From the human T2T-CHM13v2.0 reference genome, Homo sapiens, in assembly GCF_009914755.1 (NCBI RefSeq), contig NC_060938.1: 64,000 nt of DNA. One strand, given 5' to 3'. Made by a program: the position numbers and the translations under genes. The first letter of the stretch is position 1; each line of letters begins with the position of its first letter. The notes beneath the pieces were generated by a model. It saw nothing but the letters and a program-made list of their open reading frames with translations. It ran no database searches and was not told the origin of the DNA. Positions 24,840 to 36,530 of this stretch are shown piece by piece.

Positions 24840-25879
24840 TTCCATTTAAATATCTTGGGGCTTTTTTTCTGTCTTCCTGATATTGGGATTCTTCAAAAAG
24901 AAAAGCAAGTAGGAAAAAAAAATGAAAGTCAAACTAATCCAAACTAATCTATTTTGTTACTATCAGATCTGATTTTTAAAAAAATTCTAGAAAAGAGATT
25001 AGAATCTCCATCTCTATCTTCATTAGAGTGTCAGCTTTTAAAAATACCTTCCTGATATGTACTTTCTTTCCCACCCACAGGTCTGGAGAAGCTAGATGCC
25101 AAGTGTGGCTGTGGACATCCAGAGGATGTCCAGGTAGACAGAGAGCTCTGTATCTATCGAAGAAGCAAGGGCTGAACCCACAGACCTAGGGGTCCGCAGG
25201 GTCGATGGGGGTGGAAGCCTTAGGAGGTAATGAGCAAATGTGAAAAACAAGGGGAAGGGGCCCCCAGAAGAACTCAGGGGGAACCTAGCTTATGTTCTTC
25301 TCTATTGTTTACCTCCCACTTGGACAATGTCTCTGGCTATGCATCCCCATTGGAGAGTTTCTATGACAACCATGGAGGAACTGTCCACAATGTGCTTTGA
25401 ACTCCTCAGAAATCAGGCACTTAGCCAGCACAAAGGGTTGGTATGAACTTGTGGCCAAACTTCAAGAGGTTCTCAGAGAGAACATGTTGTTTTCCTTGAA
25501 GTACTTGTTTCTTCCGTAATTTCATATCTAATCTCCCAGCTTCACACATAACAGATTTGCTTGACAATGTCCTAAAGGATGGGGACAGTCTTGGCTTTCA
25601 CATGAGAAGAGCTAATTAGAACAACTGATTTTACTTTGGGAGAAACCAAGTTTCCAGCATGCATCTAGTGATAAATTATGAAAGCTTTCCTCAGTACTCC
25701 TGCCCTATGATCCTTCCCTCACTTCATTAAGCCTGCTGCATCTTGCATGGATGGAGGTCACCGATGGCAGAGCAGCTTCTTGGATGAATTGCAGGGTCTC
25801 CCAACTCTTCAAGCAGCATCCTCTGTGCTCCCACTCCTGTGCTCATCTCTACTCCTGAACTACAGTGCCATCTTGTCAT

Positions 25880-26035
25880 TTGTCTGTTTCAATGTCTGTT
25901 TCTCCAACTGGACAGTAAACCCTTGGAAAAGAAGAACCAATCTTATTTAAATTTGGTATCCTCAGCAACCAGGACAGTGCCTGGTACTTTCCAGGTCCTC
26001 ATTAAATGTTTTTTGGATGGATGGATGAATCAATA
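25880..26035 (+). mobile_element. L2 3' end
   Basis: GTATCCTCAGCAACCAGGACAGTGCCTGGTAC..CTCATTAAATGTTTTTTGGATGGATGGATGAAT. Confidence 0.75.
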
Positions 26036-26080
26036 AAAGAAAAACTCCAAATGAAACAGTTGTGGAAACTAAACAGACTT

Positions 26081-26778
26081 TCTTTTTTTTGACTTTTACT
26101 TTAGGTTCAGGAGTACATGTGCAAGTTTGCTATATAGGTAAACTTGTGTCACAGAGTTTGTTGTACAGATTATTTCATCACTCAGGTATTAAGCCTAGTA
26201 ACCATTCATTATTTTTTCTGTTCCCCTCCCTCCTCCCACCCTTCTCCCTCAAGTAAGCCACAGTGTTTGTTGTTCCCTTCTTTGCATCTGTGAGTTCTCA
26301 TCATTTAGCTCCCACTTTATAAGTGAGAACATACGGTATTTGGTTTTCTGTTCCTGCGTTAGTTTGCTAAAGATAATGGCCTCTAGCTCCATTCATGTTC
26401 CTGTAAAAGACATGATCTTTTTCTTTTTTATGGCTGCATAGTACTCCATGATGTATATGTATCACATTTTCTTTGTCGATCTGTCATTGATGGGCATTTA
26501 GGTTGATTCCATGTCTTTGCTGTTGTGAATAGTGCTGCAATGCACATTCGCATGTGTGTCTTTATGGTAGAATGCTTTATACTCCTCTGGTTATATACCC
26601 AGTAATGGGATTGCTGGGTCGAATGGTAGTTCTGTTTTTAGCTCTTTGAGGAATTGCCACACTGCTTTCCACAATGGTTGAACTAATTTACACTCCCACC
26701 AACAATGTATAAGATTTCTCTTTCCTCCACAACATCGCCAGCATCTGTTATTTTTTGGCTTTTTAATATTAGCCACTA
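26081..26778 (-). mobile_element. 5'-truncated L1PA (about L1PA13-16) 3' end with TSD
   Basis: Poly(T)-ACTTTTACTTTAGGTTCAGGAGTACATGTGCAAG...; ORF 26591..26776 is ORF2 C-terminus (HCWWECKLVQPLWK); TSD GAAACTAAACAGACTT / GAAACTGAACGCACTT. Confidence 0.92.
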
Positions 26779-27835
26779 GAAACTGAACGCACTTCTATCA
26801 TCAGGCTGGGACTGGCTGGCAAGTCCATTTTCATAAATAGACTGAGTTGACATGGCATAGTATTTTATTGCTTTGACTTCTGACACTGGTATTGTGTCAA
26901 ATGCCAGGTATGGGTCATGAAACATGGACACACACACATCAGAGAAGGAGGTGGGGTAGAAAGGAGGAGGAGAAGGAGGCTGAGGGAAGAGGAGGAGAAG
27001 GAAAAGCATAGAGCTTCTGAAATTCTGTGTGTGTGCAAACATAGTGATGCACTCATCTGTTGTTATATCTTACAGGGGCATAGTGTTACCAAAAAGGAAA
27101 AACTGAAAGGAATGAAATGAACAATAAAGTGGTTTAGGGAGGAAAGGCTATATAAAATAATTTCTTGGAAGAAAAATGAGAATCCATGTGTCAGTGGTTC
27201 ACCAGTGTGATCTTTAAGGTGGTAAGAAGAGGCAGTGAGTTGCTGAACCTGACCCCAGCTCCACAGCTCCTGGCAAACCTTCATCCCCTTCTCATGGGTT
27301 CACCTCTTGTGAAGCTCTCCTTTTCAGATCTTTGTGAAAGGATCCTTGCCAAGCTGACCGGCCTTGTCAGCACCACACTTCATTGTCTTCAGATATCATC
27401 TAGGCCATCTGGGCTCTCTCTGAAATGATACTCAGGCCATCTCTCTGGAATTCTTCCATAACTTTCCCTTCAGAGGCATCTTTCTTCAGGTCATTAATAC
27501 AGGTCCCTGCTTCAGACATCAGTGGCATTTGCTTTACCTCATCTTATGTCTTCCTCCTTAATATGATTTAAAACTGTATCTTTAAAAGACTGAGGATGGA
27601 GAATGTGAGAAAGGTCTTCACCATTAGCCTCTGACTCCCTGATCTTCCCACACCAGTGAGCTCACTGGCCTGAGAGAATACACAACTTGGAAAGCAGTAC
27701 CTTAGCCTTCTCTCCATTTTTGATTTGACCATTTGATTGCAGGAGACTGGTGAGCCCTTAGCCCTGTTTCAAAAGAAAGATGCAGATCCTTGTGATCAGA
27801 AAAGGGGTATACCTGGGTTAGCCAGTGTCCTAAAC

Positions 27836-28173
27836 CAGGGGTCCGCAACCACTGGGGGCTGTGGAACAGTACTGGTCTGTAGCCTGTTAGAAAGCAAGCT
27901 GTACAGCAGGAGGTGAGTGGCAGGTAAGCGAGCTCATTACCGCCTGAGCTCCACCTCCTCTCAGATCGGTGGTGGCATTAGATTCTCATAGGAACGTGAA
28001 CGCTATTGTGAACTCTGCATGCGAGGAATCTAGGTTGCATGTTCCTTATGAGAATCTAATGCCTGATTATCTGAGTTTAATCCTGAAATCATCCCCCCTC
28101 CTCAACCCTGGTCCATGGAAAAATTGTCTCCCACAAAACCAGTCCCCGGTGCCCAAAAGGTTGGGGACCACTG
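27836..28173 (+). mobile_element. MER1B hAT-Charlie DNA transposon
   Basis: TIRs CAGGGGTCCGCAACC / GGTTGGGGACCACTG; 8-bp TSD TCCTAAAC / CCCTAAAC. Confidence 0.92.
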
Positions 28174-28258
28174 CCCTAAACCCTAAGATAATATTTCTCA
28201 AGGTGTAGTTTGAAGAACACTAGCATCAGCTTAACCAGGCATAATTATTAAAGATGCA

Positions 28259-29129
28259 GTCCCATTTAATAAATGGTGTTGGGAAAACTGGCTAGTCATA
28301 TGCAAAAAACTGAAACTGGACCCCTTCCTTACACCTTATACAAAAATTAACTCAAGATGGATTAAAGACTTAAACATAAAACCTAAAACCATAAAAACCC
28401 TAGAAGAAAACTTAGGCAGTACCATTCAGGACATAGGCATGGGCAAAGACTTCATGACTAAAACACCAAAAGCAATGGCAACAAAAGCCAAAATTGACAA
28501 GTAGGATCTAAGTAAACTAAAGAGCTTCTGCATAGCAAAAGTATCATCAGAGTGAACAGGCAACCTACAGAATGGGGAAAAACTTTGCAATCTGTCCATC
28601 TGACAAAGGGCTAACATCCAGAATCTACAAGGAACTTAAACAAATTTACAAGAAAAAAACAACCCCATCAAAAAGTGGGTGAAGGAGATAAACAGACACT
28701 TCTCAAAAGAAGACATTTATGTGGCCAACAAACATGAAAAAAAGCTCATCATCACTGGTCATTAGAGAAATGCAAATCAAAACCACAATGAGATACTAGC
28801 TCATGCCAGTTAGACTGGCGATCATTAAAAAGTCAGGAAACAACAGATGCTGGAGAGGATGTGGAGAAATAGGAATGCTTTTACACTGTTGGTGGGAGTG
28901 TAGATTAGTTCAACCATTGTGGAAGGCAGTGTGGCGATTCCTCAAGGATCTAGAACCAGAAATACCATTTGACCCAGCAATCCCATTACTGGGTATATAC
29001 CCAAAGGATTATAAATCATTCTACTATAAAGACACATACACACATATGTTTATTGCAGCACTGTTCACAATAGCAAAGACTCAGAACCAACCCAAATGCC
29101 CATCAATGATAGACTGGATAAAGAAAATG
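28259..29129 (+). mobile_element. L1PA ORF2 3' fragment, truncated at both ends (no 3' UTR or poly(A))
   Basis: ORF 28803..29159 is L1 ORF2p C-terminus ([38 protein letters not shown]); similarity stops at AAGAAAATG. Confidence 0.95.
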
Positions 29130-29132
29130 GAA

Positions 29133-29832
29133 TTTCTTTCTTTTTTTTTTTTTTTTTAGCTGTAAGTACTCTTTTTTTTTAATTTAATTTTTTTTGTTTT
29201 TTATTTTTTTTAAATTTTTTTAGTATTTATTGATCATTCTTGGGTGTTTCTCGGAGAGGGGGATTTGGCAGCGTCATAGGACAATAGTGGAGAGAAGGTC
29301 AGCAGATAAACATGTGAACAAAGGTCTCTGGTTTTCCTAGGCAGAGGACCCTGCGGCCTTCCGCAGTGTTTGTGTCCCTGGGTACTTGAGATTAGGGAGT
29401 GGTGATGACTCTTAACCAGCATTCTGCCTTCAAGCATCTGTTTAACAAAGCACATCTTGCACCGCCCTTAATCCATTTAACCCTGAGTTGACACAGCACA
29501 TGTTTCAGAGAGCACGGGGTTGGGGGTAAGGTTATAGATTAACAGCATCCCAAGGCAGAAGAATTTTTCTTAGTACAGAACAAAATGGAGTCTCCTATGT
29601 CTACTTCTTTCTACACAGACACAGTAACAATCTGATCTCTCTTTCTTATCCCCACATTTCCCCCTTTTCTATTCGACAAAACCGCCATCGTCATCATGGC
29701 CTGTTCTCAATGAGCTGTTGGGTACACCTCCGAGACGGGGTGGCGGCCGGGCAGAGGAGTTCCTCACTTCCCAGATGTGGCAGCCGGGCAGAGGGGCCCC
29801 CCCACCCCCTAGACATGGCGGCCGTCGGGCGG
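29133..29832 (-). mobile_element. 5'-truncated SVA (older SVA_A/B-like): SINE-R plus 2-3 VNTR units and a double poly(A) tail
   Basis: TTTATTGATCATTCTTGGGTGTTTCTCGGAGAGGGGGATTTGGCAG...GTTATAGATTAACAGCATCCCAAGGCAGAAGAATTTTTCTTAGTACAGAAC...VNTR units GGCGGCCGGGCAGAGG. Confidence 0.95.
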
Positions 29833-29970
29833 ACTAATTTTTGTATTTTTTGTCGAGATGTGGTTTGCCATTATTTCTCAGGCTGGTCTTGAACTCCTGG
29901 GCTCAAGCAATCCACCTGCCTTGGCTTCTCAAAGTGTTGGGATTACAGGCTTGAGAAACTGTGCCTGGCC
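29833..29970 (-). mobile_element. AluJ/FLAM-like left monomer fused to SVA 5' end
   Basis: CTAATTTTTGTATTTTTTGTCGAGATG..GAACTCCTGGGCTCAAGCAATCCACCTGCC..GTGCCTGGCC. Confidence 0.88.
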
Positions 29971-30079
29971 CATTCTCTGATTTAACATTGTTTTCTGCAT
30001 ATAGACTTTCAGGGAGACTTTGTCCTGTTAGAGAATATAGTGTCTCTGAGTGGAATGGGGGTATTCACGGGATCTTTCC

Positions 30080-30570
30080 TTCACTCCTTCCATGAATGTT
30101 TACCAAGTACCTACTATGCATAAGATCCTGGTGATACAAAGGTGAACACACTCGGCTATGCTCCCAGAAAGTTCACTGTCTTGTGGGACACACAGACCCA
30201 GGAGTGAACAATTAACTGATACATGCCTATAGGAAAAAGGAGTCTGGAGGTGACAAAGAACACAGGGAGGAGTCAGCAAAGGCTCCCTGGAGCAAATGAG
30301 TGAATTGATGAGTAGGGATAGCAAGGTGACCAGAGCAGCGTTCCAGGCCAGAGGCCCACATGAGCAAAACCAGCAGAAGCATGGAGAGTGGGCTATTGGT
30401 ACTTCTGGGTGGCAGAAACAACACATGATGCAAAGAATGGAAGCTGAGGCCAGAGGAAGAAGATGGAAGACCTTGAAAGCAAGTCAAGGAAATTGGACTT
30501 TGCCCTGTAGGATACACTAAATCATCACTGAAATGTCTTAAACAGGAGAGAGATGTGATCAAGAACCAAG
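30080..30570 (-). mobile_element. L2
   Basis: AATGTTTACCAAGTACCTACTATGC..GTTCCAGGCCAGAGG..GGAAATTGGACTTTGCCCTGTAGG..TAAACAGGAGAGAGATGTGATC. Confidence 0.75.
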
Positions 30571-30839
30571 ATTTAAGGTGGTGATGGAGGAGGAGAAATC
30601 CAAGGAGAAAATGGAAGACAGATAAGGCAGAAAATATGCTTTACAACTTTCTGTTCTGTATTCTGTTGGAATCTAAATATCCCAATGAGTGTGGCAGATT
30701 GAACAGGGCTCTTAGCCTGACCAGCTTATTGAAGAGACAAATAAAGATTGACTTGTTAGTAGCTGGTAATGACAAGCACTATTCCTTCTTGGCCAAGCAA
30801 TCTTCTTATAATTGGAGAAAGAAATGCTTGTCAGCCTAG

Positions 30840-30975
30840 CGAAAGGTTTTCATACATGGCTCCAGGGATCTGTGAACCCTCTGAAATCGTGTGTAAAATT
30901 CTGCACATTTTTCTGGGAGAGGGTCTATAGCTTTCATCATATTTTCAAAGGCAATCAGGACACACAAAGTGGGAA
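30840..30975. mobile_element. Ancient hAT-Charlie MITE (MER103/Charlie-like)
   Basis: TTTTTCTGGGAGAGGGTCTATAGCTTTCATCATATTTTCAAAGG motif. Confidence 0.55.
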
Positions 30976-31954
30976 GCTGAAGATTAAAATTCAAATATTC
31001 TAAAGATGGCCTATTCTTTGGGCTGACCTGATCCTAAATAGGAGAAAGACCCGAACGAATGTTCATACGTATTTTAATGGAGAAATTTTAGGTACTAGAC
31101 TCCTCACAGTGAAGTACACACAGAAATTTGCCATCCTCATCTCTAGTGTAAATGCGTTTATGGGACATTTTTCTAGGTCAGGTGCATAAGCCTGACTCTC
31201 AACCCTACAGCTTTAGAAATGGAAAAGACAAGGTGACCTGAACAAAGAGATGAACACTGCTCAGAGGGAATTGCTGCAGTTGGAACAGCAGACTGGTTTT
31301 GTATATGTAGGGACCGAGGGCTGAGATCTCTGAGGCCCAGGTGGTCTGTTGAGAAGAGGCCAAGGTACCCACCTCCTCTAGGCTTTTGTTGTTGTGACTG
31401 CATCTACATACCAGCAAACATGTGCTTCCTCCCTGGCCTTGATTTATGGTGACAGTTACTTGGTACAGCAGGTGGGTAGGAATGGTTCTCTCAGCAGGAG
31501 AAAGTCTGCCTCTGCTGCTTCATGACCTGCTATTCTGTAATAATGAGCCTCACCCTGTACCATTGCTAAGGCAGCTGTCCCCTTCAGAGTAGCCACATTA
31601 GAAAGGTTAATGCATTCATAGTGAGCTTAGAAGGGGCAGGGAGTAGTGTCCCAAATATGTATATGTGTTTGTGTGTGTGTGTTTACATTCAGAGTCTGGC
31701 AGATAACCATGAAAAGGTGATGGTACCTACTCATTAATCTAATTAATATTGGCCTCTCCAATGCTCACACATTTTTTGCCGATGGTTTGGAATTCATCTG
31801 GGCTCCAGTTTCTTCCTTTGCAAAAGAAAGATATTGCACTAACATGATAATGTCACTCCTGCTTAATACCTTCATTAAACACCCACTGCCCCCATTCCTT
31901 AGAGCCACAGAATCCTGGGGTTTACAAGAAAGGTTTTAGGTACTCCTTTCCTTC

Positions 31955-32512
31955 TGTATTAGTCAGGGTTCTCTAGAGAAACAGAACCAAGAAGATATAT
32001 GTAGAGATAAGAAAGAGATTTATTGTGAGGTTGATTATGGAGTCTGAGAAGTCCCAGGATCTACCATCTGCAAGCTGGAGGCCCAGGAAAGATAGGTATA
32101 GTTCCAGTCTAAACCCCAAAGCCTGAGAATCAAGAGTGCCAATGGTGTCAGTCCCAGTTAGTATCTGAAGGCCTGAGAATTGAGGGACCAATTATCCAAG
32201 TCCTGGTTGGAGTCTGAAGGCTTAAGAACCAGGAGTGCTGACGTCTGCGGGCAGGAGTAAATGAATGTCCCAGCTCAAGCAAAGAGGAAATTTGCTCTTC
32301 CTCCACCTTTGTTTTTTTCTAATCACATCCTCAACAGATTAGATAATGCCCACCTGCACGCATGAGGACAAAATCTTCTTTCCTCAGTCTACTGATTCAA
32401 ATATTCATCTCTTCGGGAAACACCTGCACAAACACATCCAGAAATAATGTTTCACCAGCTATCTGGGCATCCCTTAGCCTGATCAAATTGACACATAAAA
32501 TTAACGATCATA
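31955..32512 (-). mobile_element. MLT2 (ERVL) solo LTR
   Basis: TGTATTAGTCAGGGTTCTCTAGAGAAACAGAACCAA...CAAATTGACACATAAAATTAACGATCATA. Confidence 0.9.
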
Positions 32513-33479
32513 CTTCCAGTCAGGAAGCTCAGCCTTTATCTGTTTTCTACAAGATTTCATTGAGTAGAAGAACCCATTAAAAACATTAAAGATTCCAAAA
32601 AGTAAAGTATAAAATCTTTGGTCAAGAAACAAAATATAATAAAGAGTGGGTTAATCCAACAGCTAACTGGGAAGTCCATTTTTGATTTACTAAAATGGTG
32701 CCAGAAAACTCAGGTTTCTGTACTCAAGTCCTCACACGGCTGGAAAATAGAAAGCTGATTCAATTCCCATCGCAATGGGTGGTAGCTCACATTGGAAAAC
32801 TAAAAACAATTCTCCCTGGCTGCATTTCTCTGATAAGTATTGTTGCTCTGTGCATGCGAGGTTTCAATCAGTGGAAAGTTGGCAGTCAGCTGAAATTTAG
32901 AAAGCAAATATGCATGTCAAGGTACTGTTTACCAGGTAAGAGTGATTTATTTTATCATTAAAAATTTAAAACCTTAATGTGATTCCCAAGATGTCTGATT
33001 TAGAGAAGGCCAGAAGAAAACTGAAGAGAAAAAGAACTATAGAAAAGTGAGAACCATGTAACTGAGCTCTTTCCAGAATGTAAACTCTGCTTCGGCTGGT
33101 AGAAATGGATTAGTATAAGTAGCTATTTTGCTTGTTGGCTAGTTTGCTTGTTTTATACAGTTTTTATTAGTAGATTTTCGGTTCCACCCCAATCTCACTA
33201 AATAACTGGCATGCTGGAAAAATGTTCAAAGACTGCTGGTTTAAAGGGACAATTTTTAGTCTGTCCAAGGAGCCCATATGTCTAGGCCTGGGTCTGCCTA
33301 GGAAATAAGGACTTAATAATCATTAGTCTCCTTTATCAGGTCTTTCACAATTGGGCTTCAAATCCCACTTTAGGCAATTTCCACCATTATTTCTCCCACG
33401 AATAGCTATGGATTACAACCTGTTCCCTCGACCCATTATATTCACTTGACCCTACCCTTCCCATATTCCATTCACTTTA

Positions 33480-33760
33480 CCAGGAATACACTTTTTTCCT
33501 TCTTATCTATCTGGAAAACTCCAAATCACTCTTCAAAACCCAGCTCAACTATCACCTCTCCCATGAAGCCTTCCATAGCACTCTGTCATTCACCATTTCT
33601 TAAGTCTTCATCGAACTGCAACGTGAATCTAAGTGATTTTTTTTGTTTTCTAAACCACGAACTCCTTTAGGTTAGAGGTTGTGTTTTATTTATTCTTATT
33701 TCTTCAGTGTGCATCACCTGGCTAAACATAGAGAAGGTGCTTAATAAACATTTTTTGATG
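33480..33760 (+). mobile_element. L2 3' end
   Basis: CTTCAAAACCCAGCTCAACTATCACCTCTCCCATGAAGCCTTCC..GAAGGTGCTTAATAAACATTTTTTGA. Confidence 0.75.
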
Positions 33761-34554
33761 ACTTTTAAGGCCTCCGAAAGCTCTAAAGTTCTGTTTTCTA
33801 TGACTTAGCAATGGAGTCAAAAATTTCAGAGTTCCAAAAGACCATCCAACAGCCTATTCTGAAGACTATTATTTGGGAACCAAAATAAAAGTATCATGAT
33901 TGGTCACTAGTTGCCTGGAGCTAGTTTATTGGCATTTAACATTGGCCCAAGCAACTCTCATCAATTTCCCTTTTTAGAACCTATCTACATCCTGTGAGAT
34001 CAGAAACTTTCAGACCTGTCACCATTGAACATAGAATGGGAAAAAACAGTCTGTGATCATCAGCTACCTTTAATTTTTGGAAGCACATTGAAGTTTACTG
34101 GCATTCAACAAATAAATCCCAATATAGTGATTTCAGCTTGCAACAAATTGGTTAAAAAGGAAAGGGAGTAAATGGATATTTTTGTGCTATTGTTACCATG
34201 CAATCCAGCTGATATTTTCATTTTCTTCTCCTTTTCTCCTTTCTTTCCTCAACCTTTCTTTTCTTGGTGCTTTTATATTTGGACTTTAAAATAATGTGTT
34301 TATTCATAAATATTTTTATGAATGGGAAAACAACAGTTGGTTTTGCTAAGAGTTCTTCTGGATTATAGAAGCTAATTGGAGGTGCTATTGTAACGGAGAA
34401 CAGCAGACATTTACATTCAGTTCCCAAGATGTTAGATTCTAGCAAATCCTTTAGGAATACAAACTGCCAGGGTTTCATTCTCATAAGTGTGTTTTTTCAA
34501 AGCAGAAAAACTGATAATGAAGGTTCTGCAGGTTCTAATTATCTCGGTAGCCTT

Positions 34555-34980
34555 CTAGTGGATTATAGCAGCTATAACACAGACCCAAAACTATGGTGGC
34601 TTAGAGGAGACAGGAACTTGTCGCTCATCTGACAGTTCAGGTGAAAGCAGTCTGGGGCTAGCTTGGTAGTTCCTCTGTATCAGCGACCCAGGTTTCTTCA
34701 ATCTTGCTGCTCTGTCGTTCCTAGGGCATCCTGCTTCCACATCATCCAATCTGTCTCACACCCATGTTTGCATTTCAGCCCATGGAAACCAGAAAAGGCA
34801 AATAGAGTGCCTGTCCCTTCCCTCTATCGGCAATGCCTGGCTGTTGCACACATCACTCCTGATCATTTCATGTTGGCTAGAACTTAACCACGTGGCTCTG
34901 TGCTGGTTAACAACCAGGTGTTTTATTCCTACAGAAGAAGGGAGCATGGGTCTTAGGAGACAATTGCCAGTTTCTGCCAT
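34555..34980 (-). mobile_element. MLT1J-like ancient MaLR LTR
   Basis: GCTATAACACAGACCCAAAA..GGTGGCTTA..GACCCAGGTTTCTTCAATCTTGCTGCTCTG..TTGGCTAGAACTTAACCACGTGGC..CAGTTTCTGCCA. Confidence 0.7.
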
Positions 34981-35048
34981 GTTGTCAATTCACGAAGTTT
35001 CCTCATTTTTGGTGGTAATGACAGTTACATCTGTTTTATACAAACCTC

Positions 35049-35074
35049 TGTTGTTGTTGTTGTTGTTGTTGTTT
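35049..35074 (+). repeat. (TTG)n trinucleotide repeat
   Basis: Direct observation. Confidence 0.9.
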
Positions 35075-36279
35075 TTTGATTAAGGGGAAGCTTGTATGTT
35101 GGCCTCTGTGGACGTATATGGACTCCTCAGTTGCTGAAAGTTGCCTTGATTGATTTTCATCCTGAGTATCTCAAAAACAAAATCATTAGAACATTCAAAT
35201 CCAAGAGCCTAACAGTCCACTGGAATTTTATGAACAAACCTAAAAAGAGCAAAAGACCCTAAGCAACATTGCCATCACATACAAAATTTTACTTTGAAAG
35301 CAGGGTGGGGAAATTTTCCCCTCAGGTGCTAAGGGTCCCTGGAAGAATGTTCACTGATCATGGACCACTGTATTGTTTTCATTTTTAAATGGGGTTGCAA
35401 GCTGCAATTCTCACAGCAGGCTCACCACAACTCCCTCCCGTACCCTTTCCTTACATTTTAAAATTTCTTTACACTTTTAGAAGTTCCTTCATATCATTTC
35501 ATGTTTATTTCCCCACCTCCACCCCTTTATTCTTTCTGGTTGTGGGATCAAGCTTTCTTTGACTCTTTCTTGGAAAAAATATACTGTCCAATGAACAACA
35601 AAGTACCAGGCTGGCTCCACTCTGCCTGTCTGTAAACTCTCCCTCACTGGCTCACAACGGTGCCTGTTATTTCCACCCCTGGAGGGGCTCCTTTGGATAG
35701 GATCATTTTTTTCCGCTGTTTCCCCCTAAGGAGAATAACATCTGAGCAGCCATTAATGCCCCAGGGTGGACTGCATTTCAGATTAGCCACACAGAGCAGA
35801 ATTAAAGCAGAGGGCAGAGGCATATTTCCATGAGGGACTGGGAGTTGCAGTTCCTAGAAAACAAAGGCTGTGAGCAGGGAGTGAGTCCCTGGCGCAGAGG
35901 TGACCTTGAGCATACACCACATGACCTCTGTCTCTGCTCCTGCCCACAGCGCCCCGTTCTTCAATATGGTCAACTGTCATTTTTCCGAGAGCACTGTGTA
36001 AATACAGCTTCAAACCTGAGCCCATTTCCTGGAGCGTGTAAGCCCCTCCTATATGGAAATTCAGGAGCTGGCACTGGTCAGCAGCACCCACCGGTGAAAG
36101 GTGGGTATGAAAAGGAAGAGTAAACAGAAAGCCAGAGCACCTGTGGGTAAATTTGTCTCCCTGCATGATCTACCTACCACAGGCTCTGATGGTATATAAA
36201 CTATGAAGCAAAGAACGTGGTGCTTCTGTGGTTTACAAGTACTCTTTTCTGATGGCAGAAACGTACTGTCTGAGTCAGG

Positions 36280-36530
36280 ATAGTAATAATAATAGTAATA
36301 ATATCCAACCTATTCTGAGCGCTTCCTTCATGCCAGGTGCTGTGCTTCTATATACCCCGTCTGGATTAATCCTCACAGCAAATCTTCGACGCATATATTA
36401 TTAATTCTGTGTTACAGATGGGAAAGCTGAGGCCCTTCAAGGTGAAGTTAATGTTTCCAAGGTCAGAAAGCTACTGACTAACAGCAGGAATTCAAAGTCA
36501 TACCTGTCTAACTCTGAAGCCCATATGCTT
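36280..36530 (-). mobile_element. MIR
   Basis: TGAGCGCTTCCTTCATGCCAGGTGCTGTGCT..TTAATCCTCACAGC..TTACAGATGGGAAAGCTGAGGC..CCAAGGTCA. Confidence 0.8.

Noticed and set aside
28803-29159. 118-aa ORF with clear protein similarity
   Set aside because: It is the C-terminus of L1 ORF2p in a truncated retrotransposon, not a gene; the same applies to 26591..26776 and the ORF1-like 42045..42287.
29700-29832. CpG-rich patch resembling a CpG-island promoter
   Set aside because: It is the SVA VNTR.
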